From the NCBI RefSeq assembly GCF_009914755.1, contig NC_060947.1: DNA of 64,000 bases; one strand, 5' to 3'. Position numbers and translations under genes: made by a program. The DNA comes from the human T2T-CHM13v2.0 reference genome, Homo sapiens. Under the pieces are notes generated by a model. It saw nothing but the letters and a program-made list of their open reading frames with translations. It ran no database searches and was not told the origin of the DNA. Shown one piece after another: positions 13,400-25,330 of the stretch. Within the stretch, counting starts at the first letter, position 1. Each line of letters begins with the position of its first letter.

Positions 13400-14960
13400 C
13401 AGTCATTTTATCTGCAGATAAGGACAGTTTTATTTCTTCCTTTCCTAGCTACGTATATTTTATTTCGTTTTCTTGCCTTATTACACAGACTAGATCTTTC
13501 AGTACTATGTTGAATAAGAGTAGTGAGAACAGACATTTTTTTGTCTTATTCCTGATTTTAGGGGGAAAACATTCAGACAATTTGCTCTTTCACCATTAAA
13601 TAGCATCTTAGCTGTAGGTTTTTTATAGATGCTCATTATCACATTGAAGATGTGTCCCCTAATCCCTTTATATTTATTCTTCTAAGAATTCTTATCATGA
13701 ATGGGTGTTACATTTTATCAAATTCTTTTCTGTATTAATTGATAATAATCATGTGATTTTTCTTTAGTCTGTTAATATGGTGGATTACACTAATTTTCAA
13801 TTATTGAACCAGCCTTCCATCCTAAGAATAAACTCTACTTTGCTCTGGTGTATACTTCTTTCATATATCACTCAATATGACTTGTTAATCTTTTGTTAAA
13901 GATTTTTGTGTTTCTGTCAATGAGGGGTGTTTGACGTCAGATTAATACTAGCTTCATAAAATTAATTGGAAGGCATTCCATCTTCTCTTTTGGAGAGAAG
14001 AGGTAGTATAAGATTGATGCTAATTCTTCTTTAAATGTTTCATAGAATTTTCCAGCAAAATCATCTGGACATGGAGATTTCTTTTTTTGGAGTAGTGTTT
14101 TAATTATGAATTCAGTTTTCTTGATGGTTATAGGGCTATTCAAATAATTAAATTCATATTGAGTGAGTTGTCACAGTTCATGATTTTGGAGAATAGATCC
14201 ATTTTATCTAAGTTGCCAAATTACAAAGTGTAGAATTGTTCACGTTAGTCCGTTATTGTGCTTTTGGTGTCTACAGGGTCTATAGCAATAGTGCCTGTTT
14301 CATTCTTCGTATTGGTAACTTGTGTCTTTTCTCTTTTTGTCTTTGTCAGTTTTGCTAGAGGTTTATCAGTGTTATTGATCTTTTCAAAGAACCAGTTCAT
14401 TGCTTCGTTAACTTTCTCTATTGCTTTTCTATTTTGAATTTCATTGATTTCTGCTCTTGTCTTTGTTGTTTCCTCTGTGCAGTGTGCTTTGGGTTCATCG
14501 TGCTTTTTCTTTTTTCAGGTTTTTGAGGTGGGAGATTAGAATAGTGACTAGAGATTTTTCTTCTTCTCTAAGTAAGCATTTAGTACTGTAAAATTTTCTC
14601 TTAGCACTGCTTTGGCTACATCCCATAAATGTTGATATATTGTGTTTTCATTTTCATTCATTTCAATGCATTTTTTACATTCCTTGAAACATTTTTTGGC
14701 TTATAGATTATTTACTAGTCGTTTGGTGTCCAAATGTTTGGAGATTTTCCTGTTATCTTTTTTGTTACTGATTTGTAGCTTTACTCCATTGTGGCCAAAG
14801 AAAACACTTTGTATGATTTCAATTATTTTAAATCAATTGTGGTTTGTTTTATCCCCTATCTAGGTATATGATCCATGGGAACTTAAAAAGAATGGGTTTT
14901 CTGATGTCTTTGAGTGGATTTTTCTATAAATAATGACCAGATGCTGTTGATTTATGATGT
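13400..14960 (-). mobile_element. L1 ORF2 fragment (L1M, decayed)
   Basis: ORF 13937-14143 (NSPITIKKTEFIIKTLLQKKKSPCPDDFAGKFYETFKEEL) resembles L1 ORF2p NRPITGSEI…[21 protein letters not shown]; frame broken. Confidence 0.9.
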
Positions 14961-15149
14961 TGTACCCAGTCAGTAGATTTGGATCTCTAGATCCTGAAGA
15001 ATCTTGCCATGTACACAGTTGGTGCTTATGAAGGGTTTGTTAAACTGTTTGGACCTGCCATAGTATTACCCTTTTTCCTGTTACCACATATACCTCTCCT
15101 GTGGTCTGTTAAAATTTCCAGAAGAAAGGCAAGCAGCTTAGGCAGACTA

Positions 15150-15630
15150 CAGTGATAGTGTGGCATCACTAACAACCCAAAGTTAAAAAGTTTGCAATAG
15201 CAGTCATTTATTTCATGGTCAAGGGTCTGGAGTTTGGCTTGGTTTTAATTGATCTTGTCTGTGCTTACCTGTGCTCTACTGGACTATCCTGGATTCTAGG
15301 TTTTGGGTTAGATTCAAATCTGTTCCATATATCTAAATTTTAGGATTCATACTGAAGGAGCAATAGCTGTCTAGATCATGTTCTTTTCATGGGAAAGGAT
15401 GTAAGCCTCAGGAGAGCTGGCAGAAACTTGGAATATCTCTTAAAGGCACAATGTCACTTCTACCTGTATTCCATTGTCCAAAGCCAGTCACAGTAAAGTC
15501 CAAAGCTAATGCGTTAAAGGTATATACTCTGCCTATTCCAGTAGGAAACACTTCAAAATTGCGTGGCAAAAGGCATGGATGTATAAGTCTATTACAATGA
15601 GGGAGTGAAGAACTGGAAGCTATTATTCAA
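15150..15630 (-). mobile_element. MLT1-type MaLR LTR
   Basis: ccattgtccaaagccagtcaca…gggagtgaagaactgg, reverse MLT1 hallmarks. Confidence 0.65.
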
Positions 15631-16059
15631 TTTTCCTTTGACTTTCAATCTTTAGGACTTTCTACTCTACACAGGGATCAGGAAAATGAAAATTAACTCT
15701 CCACAGGAAAACTAATGCTCCACATGAAAATCCCTATTTGGGTTGAAAACTATAAAGAATGTTTCCCTTGACATATAGTTAAGTCTTATATATTATATTT
15801 TGGATAATTTGAAGAAATGGTTTTAGTAAATTAATGAGAAAATGCTTCAGAATATACTTTATAGTACATCAAAGGCAATGTATTTTCAAATCCAGGCTGT
15901 ATTATTTGTTTGTTTGGTTTTTTTTTTTTTTTTTTTTTTTGGTTTTGAACTATATGTAGGCATTTTGTTGACAGGACTTTTTGAGAATCCATTGCAAGCC
16001 TGCACAGCTACGTTAAATATATGAATATAAAATAGGACTCAACCTTATCAATTTGACAC

Positions 16060-16060
<1 letters not shown>

Positions 16061-16086
<26 letters not shown>
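16061..16086. repeat. (TG)n microsatellite
   Basis: Direct reading of the sequence. Confidence 0.95.
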
Positions 16087-16090
<4 letters not shown>

Positions 16091-16383
16091 TGGTAAAACA
16101 TCTGCATTTGTCATCAATTTTTGGAAATATTCGAAAGACTTTTGTGAATCAAAAACCTATAAATTATTTGGTATTTCAGATAGAGATCATGGAATCCTAT
16201 TAAATGATATATGTCCAGGGTTTTGCAGGTCACAACTTGAATTTTATTCGAAGAGATATAATAGTCATTAAAAAATAAGAGAAAAAAAGAACCCTGGGGA
16301 CAGAAATTTTAATTTAAATTCAGGGCAGGCATGTAGTACCTGATATTCCATGTATTCACAGAATGACAGAAAACCATCCTTAC

Positions 16384-16491
16384 CTGCATGGAATGATGGC
16401 AGTGATTGTTTAGTGTCCATTCAAAACAGTAACTGGTTGCAGTTGAAGTAGTACTTTTAATCATATGGACACTTGTTCCCCAAGAATTGAC
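16384..16491 (-). other. Candidate 108-nt exon (probably non-coding/antisense)
   Basis: Minus strand: tgtttatgttttggtggctccag|GTCAAT…ATGCAG|gtaagg; unique DNA; no transcript evidence available. Confidence 0.25.
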
Positions 16492-17039
16492 CTGGAGCCA
16501 CCAAAACATAAACACAGACTATTGAGCACAGAAGGAGCCAGTAATTACTTTCAATCACTCCTTGTCAAAATGGTTTGAATTCAAACCAATCATTCATAAG
16601 AGAGGAGCTACCTCATTAATAGTTTTCTTAGTTCAAGATCAAGAAAAATGATAAGCCATATTAAAAATTGTTTGTGTTTGCAAGCATTCAGGAGAATGAC
16701 ATTTGAAACACAATTACCAAAACAAAATAAAAGCAGCTAACTTATAATTCAATTAGAGCCTTTCCAATATTTGTCAAATAAAAAAGAGCAAATTTCAGTG
16801 AAGAAAATCAATGAAGGAAACCATTTAGAACATGCTTATTGCTGTTTGACTTTTGTCAGTTGCAAGAAAGGGAAATAGTTGAAATATTGGCAGTAAATAA
16901 ATTTTACAGTTATTACTTGTTTCTTCTAATTTTCTCTCCCTTATTGACTTCTCATTTCTGGTAATATGGCAATAAACAATATGTAAAGAGCTCAGCACTG
17001 GATGTGATTAATGTATGCAGTATCTGCAGTTAAAACATT

Positions 17040-17490
17040 CTTCTCTACTGATGTCTGTGTCATGATCCTCCTTTTTTCTCATTTTCCTTCAATGTTGATT
17101 TGCCTCCTCTTACCTTTTTTCTTCTGTTATTATCTACTTTTTACAACTTTAACAATGACCCTGCATATCCTTCACTGGCCTCTCTTTCAAAGAACCCATC
17201 CTACAAATATGCCCAGCTACCTACTAGACATGTTCACTGGAATATGTCCATGTTACCCTAACATCTCCCCTCCTTTATGTTGTGTCCTGTCTCCTATCCC
17301 CTTCCCTCTAAGTAACCAAAATCAACTCATTGCTTTTGATTTTCTAATTAGTTAATTCTGGCACTTAAGTCAAAATCACCATTGTCTTTGATTTTTGCCT
17401 GCAGACACTTCCTTGTTGAATATGTTTGTGCAAACTTCTATCAGATAAATGTACCTGAAACACACTTCTCATTGTGTCATTTTACTGTTC
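17040..17490 (+). mobile_element. L2 fragment
   Basis: cccagctacctactagacatgttcactggaatatgtcc, L2-like. Confidence 0.5.
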
Positions 17491-17894
17491 CACATGAATG
17501 TAACCATTGTTGATGTATACTGGGATGTGGAAATGTTTGGGAAGCACTGATGAATGAATTAACATGATTACTTCTTCACAACTATGTCCCTGTACTCACT
17601 GGTGCTAGTCTGCTAGTCTTGAAGATCTGGTGGGAAGAATAGCTCTTTCCTATACTGCACACTTCTTTTCCTGTTGCGGTGGATATTTTCTCAAAACTTT
17701 ATCCTCAGGCAAATGATTCCACGTGCTTACTTATATCCGTAAAATCCTCAAATTTCATAGTTAGCTGATGGCACCTTATTATTTTATTTTGGTGTGAGAA
17801 TGGAAAGACTCATTCTCTTATACAGTTTCTGCCATTTCAGTATGATTTCATTTGGGAAATAAAGTAAGATAAATGTTCTTATTTCAGCATTTTA

Positions 17895-18085
17895 TATATT
17901 TTTAACATCTTTATTTTGAAATAATTTTCAACTTAGAAGAGTTCACAAAATAATACATAGAGTTCCTGTGTACCCTTTGTATAACTTCTCCAAATTTTAA
18001 CTTACATAATCATAGTACAATTATTGAAATAAGAAAATGAACATTGATTTTATACTATTAACTAATTTACAGATTAGTTCTGGTT
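17895..18085 (-). mobile_element. L1MC-type 3' end
   Basis: tttattttgaaataattttcaacttagaagagttcacaaaataatacatagagttcctgtgtaccc. Confidence 0.7.
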
Positions 18086-18146
18086 TGTACAGTGTAATGT
18101 TCAACTATTAGTATATTCACTACATTTATCCAAAGTTTTGTTTTTA

Positions 18147-18591
18147 GAGCCTGCATAGCCAAAGCAAGGCTAAGCAAAAAGAACAAATCTGGAGGCATCA
18201 CACTGCCTGATTTCAAACTATACTATAATGCCATAGTCACCAAAACAGCATGGTGCTGGTACAAAAATAGGTACATAGACCAATGGAACAGAATAGAGAA
18301 CCCAGAAGTAAACCCAAATACTTACAGCCAACTGATCTTCAACAAAGCAAACAAAAACATAAAGTGGGGAAAGGACTCCCTTTTCAACAAATGGTGCTGG
18401 GATAATTGGGGGAAAGAGTGGGAGGGGGGTGAGGGATAGAAGGCTACAAATATGGTGCAGTGTATACTGCTCAGGTGATGGGTGCACCAAAATCTCACAA
18501 ATCACCACTAAAGAATTTACTCCTGTAACCAAATGCCACCTGTACCCCAATAACTTATGGAAAAATAAAATGAAAACAAAACAAAAACACA
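18147..18591 (+). mobile_element. L1PB-type insertion, 5'-truncated, with internal deletion
   Basis: ORF2 segment (…[43 protein letters not shown]…FNKWCWDNW) joined to the 3'UTR G-tract; TSD caaagttttg[t/c]tttta at 18131-18146 and 18592-18607. Confidence 0.9.
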
Positions 18592-18634
18592 CAAAGTTTT
18601 GCTTTTACTTAATTTAAAACAAAGAAATTTTGTA

Positions 18635-18945
18635 GGCTGGATGTGGTGGCTCATGCTTGTAATCCCAGCACTTTGAGAGGCTTAGGCAGGAAGATTGCTT
18701 AAACCCAGGAGTTTGAAACCAGCTTGTGCAATACAGGGAGACTCTTGTCTCTGTAGAAAATTTAAAAAACTAGCTGGGTGTGCTGGTCCATGTCTGTGGT
18801 CCCAGCTTCTCAGGAGGCTGAGGTAGGAGGGTCACTTGGGCACAGGAGGTCAAGGCTGCAGTGAGCCATGATCACACCACTGCAGTCCAACCTGGGCATC
18901 ACGGCAAGACCCTAACTATCTCAAAAAAAAAAGAAAAAAGAAGGA
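18635..18945 (+). mobile_element. AluJ (Jo-like)
   Basis: Dimeric Alu with ggaggtcaaggctgcagtgag; TSD aaagaaattttg[t/c]a. Confidence 0.92.
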
Positions 18946-19284
18946 AAAGAAATTTTGCACTTGAAAATAGTTACTGATCTTTAGATGGATAAGTAAAATA
19001 ATAAAATACACTAAAATATTTTTTCATTTTATTCTCATTTTCAAAAATTTTATCTTTTACTTATCTAATTATTATTCATCCTAGTTGACTATTTTCATTG
19101 TACAGAGCAATCCCCACCATTATACGATGAAACCTTAGCAAGTTTTTGTTCTTTGCAACCTAAAGACTAAGAATCCTTAGTAGAATCATATATATGGAAA
19201 CTCTTGCACAGGAACCAAATGTGTAATGTGTCTCATTCAGAGTGGAAGTGGGACCAAGAAATTTATTAGGAACTGAAGTGTGTG

Positions 19285-19293
19285 CTCTCGCTT

Positions 19294-19339
<46 letters not shown>
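19285..19339. repeat. (CT)n microsatellite
   Basis: Direct reading of the sequence. Confidence 0.95.
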
Positions 19340-19699
19340 AATCTTAGTGCTCACAAATTATTTAATATTAACCTACTGAATACTGAATATGTTAATAATT
19401 TATTCAGTACTCAGTAGTTTTTTCTTCTTGTCTCTATATAACTCTTTTACAAAACTTTTTTCTCCCCTTACAAATGGCAACATTATGACCATCATAATCA
19501 AAGTAAGTCATCTTCCAGCTCTATTATTCGCCATAGCCTAGAAACTTCCCTTTGTGACTCTGTTCATAATGCAAAAGAGGAATTTCTGAACATCACTGGT
19601 TTTGGGAGGGCAGACCACTGATGTGTCACTGGCTTGTATATCGATGCCTTTCATCCCTTATGTCAGGTTCTTACCTCTGACTAAACCAAACTAGCTATA

Positions 19700-20503
19700 T
19701 CATTTAGTCTTTGCTACATTGCAACCATCTACCCCAAATATAGTAACTTATATAATAATCATTCATTTGCTTACAGTATGGTGGGGTCGTCAATTTGGGC
19801 TGGACTCAGAATGGCTTATCTCTGCTCTACATGAGGTCAACTTATGTGTCTGCAAGTTCAAGTATCATGGCTGAGCTTCTCTTTTTATGTGTTCTCTTAT
19901 CCTCAAGGAGCTTAGTCTAGGCTCATTCTTATGTTGATGAAAGGGGTCCCAGAAACAGCAAGAGAGAGCAATCCACAATACAGAAGTACCTTTTATGTCT
20001 CTCCTTGTGTTACTTTTGCCGATGTCCCATTGACCAAAGCAAGTTACATGGGCAAGCTCAGATTCAAGGTATAGAGAAATAGATTTTACCTTATGTTAGA
20101 AGAAGTTGCAACAACACATTGAAAAGAGACATGTGGCTGGGCGCCGTGGCTCACGCCTGTAATCCCAGCACTTTGGGAGGCCAAGGCGGGCGGATCACTT
20201 GAGATCAGGAGTTCAAGACCACCCTGGCCAATATGGTGAAACTCCATCTCTACTAAAAATACAAAAATTAGCCGGATATGGTGGTGCACACCTGTAGTCC
20301 CAGCTACTTGGGAGTCAGAGGTGAGAGAATCGCTTTAACCCAGGACGCAGAGGTTGCAGTAAGCCTAGATCATGCCATTGCACTCTAGCCTGGGTGACAG
20401 AGTAAGACTCTGTCTAAAAAAAAAAAAAAAAAGAAAAGAAAGAAAAGAAAAGAGATATGCATACAGAAATGGAAGAATTTGTGGCCTTTTGAAAAATCTG
20501 TCA
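19700..20503 (-). mobile_element. MLT1-type MaLR LTR interrupted by an Alu
   Basis: cccattgaccaaagcaagttacatgggcaagctcagattcaagg; resumes after the Alu. Confidence 0.7.
20135..20448 (+). mobile_element. AluS (Sx/Sz-like)
   Basis: Full dimer with A-rich tail; TSD aaaagaga[c/t]atg. Confidence 0.93.
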
Positions 20504-20508
20504 TTCTA

Positions 20509-20612
20509 GGCCAGGTATGGTGGCTGTAATCCCAGCACTTTGGGAGGGTAAAGCAGGAGAATCACTTGAGCCCTGGAATCAGACCATCCTGGACAACAGA
20601 AAACAGAAAAAA
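20509..20612 (+). mobile_element. FLAM / Alu monomer fragment
   Basis: ggccaggtatggtggctgtaatcccagcactttgggagg…. Confidence 0.7.
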
Positions 20613-21517
20613 CCTATCACACTAATATAGGGAACCTGGGTGTTACAACGTAGAACATAACTATTTAGGACAAAAGGGGATGTGGACAAGCATTTCCCCA
20701 GCCAGACTTGTGAATTAGTAGCTCCAGAATGTGGCTGATACAATGAGATCAGCAGGGTGTTATACTTCATTTATATTGATGCAGTTTATTTTATTAATAA
20801 TTATAATGATCTCAACGAGAGTCACGAAACAGGTTGAGGAAAGTATATAAATAAAAGGCACACCTACCATCCACAGTCAGTCCTTTGATTGTAGTCTAAT
20901 TAAGACTAGATAATGATTGAATATCATTGTCCCTGATGGTGGTTTTGTAGTACAGACAAATTAAAAAGGTGGTATACTTCCTGATGTGAAAGAACCCACT
21001 TTGGGAGAAAAGACAAAAACATCATCACCATGAACATTAATTGGGGTCAGTGTTGGAAAAATGGGAATTTATTCTAGCTTTCCTTTCTTCACGTTAGCCC
21101 TGTGGGCTGAAGTTGTACATTTTTTAATTTCTCTTGAAAATTGCACAGTTACTGCCCACTTTGTGCTTTTAGATTGGGTAAACAGAAGCAGTAAATTCCC
21201 AGTAGCTAATGCTTTGCTGTGTAAAGGTGGAAAATCCGTTTAAAAGTAGTCATATAAACCTCTATTTTCTGGAATGTTTCTAAGATATTAGAATTGGACA
21301 CATCCATAAAACAGATTTCTCTATGAGGTCAGCAGGATGCCATACTTCTTTCCATGCACTAAAAGGCACACCTTGGTTCTGAAAGGCTTAATAGTCTCAA
21401 AAAGTGAACACTCCAGTCTTCACTCTGTATAGATTCACTCCCAGGGAGAGAAGGGATTCTACTAGTGAGCAGAAAATCAATTGCTGAGTTTCTGTAGCTG
21501 CTTTAACTTTTACTTAC

Positions 21518-21828
21518 CAGTAGGACGCCATTTTCTCTTTGGGAACCCCACTGGCCTAAACATTAGCTCCCTTTTCACCAGCAGGGTCAGGCCCTTGCTG
21601 TTTCTGAGTTAGGAGTTTTATACAATATACAGAAATGTCCTTATTTTTAAACATATAATTGCATATAAAAATGTGTTGGTATTCCTTAGAGATAGTTGTT
21701 ACAAGAGAAAACCTACAAGGAAGTAAACTGTAATTGACCACTGCCTGACCCGTTATATGGCTGTATTTAAGTTTTATCCTCCATAAAATAATTATGATGG
21801 CTTTGTGTGTTAAAAATAGCTATTTATA
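21518..21828 (-). promoter_or_regulatory. Candidate TATA/MEF2 promoter with first exon ending at a consensus donor
   Basis: Minus strand: TATAAATA (21828-21821), MEF2-type CTATTTTTAA (21819-21810), CArG-like CCATATAACG (21760-21751), YY1/Kozak-like AAAATGGCG (ATG at 21531), donor CTG|GTAAGT (21518/21517); motif-only evidence. Confidence 0.3.
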
Positions 21829-22898
21829 TTCATTTGAGTGCAATACTTGTTATTCTCTGCCCTGGTTCAGTCATAGGAGCCCTGAAAAGCTTATGGCCTG
21901 AAGGTTTTGAGTTCTGAGTTGAACAGGATAAACACTCCTTTGACTTAAAGGGGAAGATGACCTTTACCATTGTAGAATTCCTGTAACAAAGTTGCTGTTC
22001 ATTAAGTATCATTTATGAATTCCAAAATCAATTTGAAAACCACATGATATATTTTTAATAATTCTAGTACACGACATACTGTAGAAAACTGCTCAAATTG
22101 AGAGAAAATTAAACTAGAAATAACTACCAGTTGACTGAGTACAACTTTTAGTTGAAAACAGTACAGTTGTCCAAGATGTATGATACAGTACCAAACGGTT
22201 CTCAAGACTTTTTGTCCTATATATTTTTTTTAATTAGAAAACTCACTTTGAAATTTTTGACCTGTCAAAGTGAAAGCATATCTTGAAAAACAATAAAGAG
22301 CAAGCTGGTTAAACATTGAAAAACTGTGAAATGTTGAAAGCCTCCCCGGTGAGTAGGAACCTCATTTTATTACATCTGCGACAAAAAACAAATGAAACCA
22401 AAGATCTTTGACAGTCATTTTTTTATAATTTATTTTTAGTAAGTCATGCTGTATATTGCGTCTTTTAAATTAGGGTGTATCAGACAATACTTAGACTGTT
22501 CTGTTTAGAAACTTAGAAAACCATTTTTTAAGGGGGAAAAAGACCAATATGTGCTACATTAAATAATCATCTAAAAATAAAAAGCAATTTTGGTTCTGCT
22601 ATTTCCTAAGGCTTAATTAAACCATATATGGCCAATACAGTCTAGTGACTAAGGAACAACACATACCATGATGTCAGGTAGCAGTTTTCTTTCTGTGAGA
22701 TGCTACTTGGAGGGAATATGTTTTTAGGACTAACAAAGCACCTGACAATTTATTGCAATGAACATATTAATAATCATTTAGCAACATACAAGTGGTTACA
22801 TATAGTATGCTCTTGGAGAAACCAGTTATACTTTGTGTAGCCGTTTCCTCAAGAAATAATGCCCAGTATAATTTAGAATGGCCTTAGAACATTTAAAC

Positions 22899-23016
22899 CA
22901 GTGGTGTGCTGAAGACAACTTGTATCAGCTCGCAAGAGACTGGTAAATGGTACAAATCACTGACCTACCTCCCTCTCAGAAAAAAAAGTGATTAAATATT
23001 CATCAGTGTATTACTG
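22899..23016. mobile_element. MER63 hAT MITE (short, deleted)
   Basis: Termini cagtggtgtgctg…cagtgtattactg; internal cagctcgcaagagac. Confidence 0.7.
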
Positions 23017-23929
23017 AATTTTTAATTATATATAGTTTAAAAACGATTGGATTCTACATGATCTTATTTTGAATGAATATCCATCTTTTTATTCTTACTG
23101 TGGACTCTCAGTGTAAGTTCCTGAAATCAACTAAATACATTTATAAAAATAATTTATCTTAAAAAACATGATCCATCTATCCTTGTGCATATTTGCTATT
23201 ATGTCAAATTGTACCTCCTAGTTAGAGTGCCCATTAGTATACATGCATTTTTATTATGCCAGTGTATGTGGAAACCCTTTTGCTCCCCCCAAAAGACATG
23301 CTTTATCTTGCCTTTGAAAATAGAATTTCCAGTTGATTAGTTTTTATTGCAAAGCTGCCTTTCACACTTTCACATTGAGGTAATTATATGCGCCTCATAT
23401 TGTTTTTTAAAAAAGATGTTTCATTCATTGCTTTCCAAAAAAAAAAAAGCAAAATAATTTATTTCCTCTGAAGAGGGACATGAATTTCAGTGTTTATTCA
23501 TGAAGTTTACAATTGATATATGTATTATAATTGTCCTAGAAACACTTTTTACAATAAGATATCTTTGTAATTACGCACCTAGGATAATTTGGTATAAAAA
23601 GCAGTGATATTAAAGAGTGAATAGTGTTTGCAGGTCATAGAGCTTTGCTCTAGTATTATTTGCTTTACTGCAGGATTCAGCATAAGGCAGGTGTCTTGTC
23701 TCATGAAGTTTATTATAGAAAGAGTCCTTATACCATATTTTCACTTATGATGTCGAAACTTAGAATAATTTTATTCAAAGAATATCCTTTGAGCTCCAAT
23801 AACACAAATCAGGTTATAGGAAGTATCACCCTGGTACAGAATTGTTCACATACTCATTTGTCATTATTTGAAGAATAAATGAATGAATACTAAGAGCAAA
23901 AATTAGTGGCATAAATCAGAAATCCATTC

Positions 23930-24300
23930 ATTAATAAAGGAGAATACCTAGCATGTGCTTGAACAGTTAGGGTAGACTTCATTGCTTTGGTAAGACTTTC
24001 ATGAACATGGAGTTTATAAGTGGAAAGACAAGAAATGTTTTTGGTAGAAGAAATTGCATAAGCAAGCATGCTGAGGTATAACTTCAAGTGCATTTAAAGT
24101 TCAGTAAGGGGCCAGGATGGTTGAAGCCAAGATTCCCTGAAGTTAATTCTGGAGAGTTGGAATAACATTACGTCATAGGAGAGACTGAAAGTTAATCCTG
24201 TTGGTCATGGGGAACCACTGAGATTTTACCAAAACACTTGATTTAGAAAGATTCTTATATTGTGTCAGGAGTGAAATTAGAGTGGGAAAAGGAAGCGAAA
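23930..24300 (-). mobile_element. L2 fragment
   Basis: …ggtcatggggaaccactgagatttt…gatttagaaagat, L2-like. Confidence 0.5.
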
Positions 24301-24734
24301 GCCTGGACTGGTTGACTTAGTTCCATGAGATTCTCTGCTATTTAAATGTGTCCTCAGTCTCCCTGCTGAAATCTAAAGAATAATCTGAAGGCAAAATTAT
24401 TCCCAAGTACGAAAATGTTTTAGACCTTCTTCCTAGGCAAACATATTTCTCAATTCCATGTCCATATTACAGAGATTGAGTATAGTAGAGACTCAGTTTT
24501 ATCACTTGTCAACATTAATCTGTTGATTGAAATAGTAAAAATGTGAAGAATTTGATTCAAAATAATTTTAAACATATACATATACTAATATTTACTAAGA
24601 CTCTTTGACATGCATAATACAGAATCAGAGTCATGAAAGTAAATGCGTAAAAGAAAGAAAATACGCAATGGGTGGTTGAGGAATACAAAGACTTTTAATA
24701 GAAGTTTCAGGTATTTCAGTTCTCAGAGGGAAAT

Positions 24735-25330
24735 GGGAATAGCTAGCATTTATCCAGCAGTCCTATATAGTAGTATAGAACTTGTCATTTACAGATGTCC
24801 TAGCTAGGGCTGCTCCACAACAATACCATAGACTGGGTGACATAAGCAATAGGGATTTATTTCTCACAGTTCTGGAAGCTGGAAAGTCCAAGATCAAGGT
24901 GCTGATAGATTTGGTTCCTTGTGAGGGCTGGCTTCCTGGCTTGTAGATAGACTCCTTCTCTCTTCATTCTCACATGGCGGAGAAGGAGGACTCTGGTATC
25001 TTTTCTTCTTATAATGGCACCAATCCCACCATGAAGTCCTGCCCGCCCTTATGACATCATGTAAATCTAATTATCTCCCAAAGGCCCCACCTCCAAATAC
25101 CATCACATTGGGGGTTAGTGCTTCAATATATGAATTTTGAGGGAACATATTCAGTCCATAACAACAGGTGTTACCATATTTAATATTTACAACGATCCAA
25201 TGAAAGGTACTATTCTTCCCATTTATACATAAGGAAACCGCGATAGAGATAGCTTTAAAACTTTCCCAAGATTAGTGGCTGCAGGGTGAGGGTGTTGAGA
25301 AGCAGCCAGGGTTTGAAGCCAAACAGATTC
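24735..25330 (-). mobile_element. MIR split by an MLT1A LTR
   Basis: atagctagcatttat… before the LTR; ttcccatttatacataaggaaaccg… after it. Confidence 0.55.
24796..25163 (-). mobile_element. MLT1A/A0 MaLR solo LTR
   Basis: tttatttctcacagttctggaagctggaaagtccaagatcaaggtg…cccaaaggccccacctccaaataccatcacattgg…cataaca; 5-bp TSD acaga/acagg. Confidence 0.88.

Noticed and set aside
13937-14143. L1 ORF2-like ORFs (also 37092-37310 and the antisense 124-aa ORF at 18218-18592)
   Set aside because: Short, broken fragments of dead L1 copies; not functional CDS.
17011-17355. 114-aa hydrophobic ORF
   Set aside because: Lies in a pyrimidine-rich L2 remnant; hydrophobicity reflects T-rich composition.
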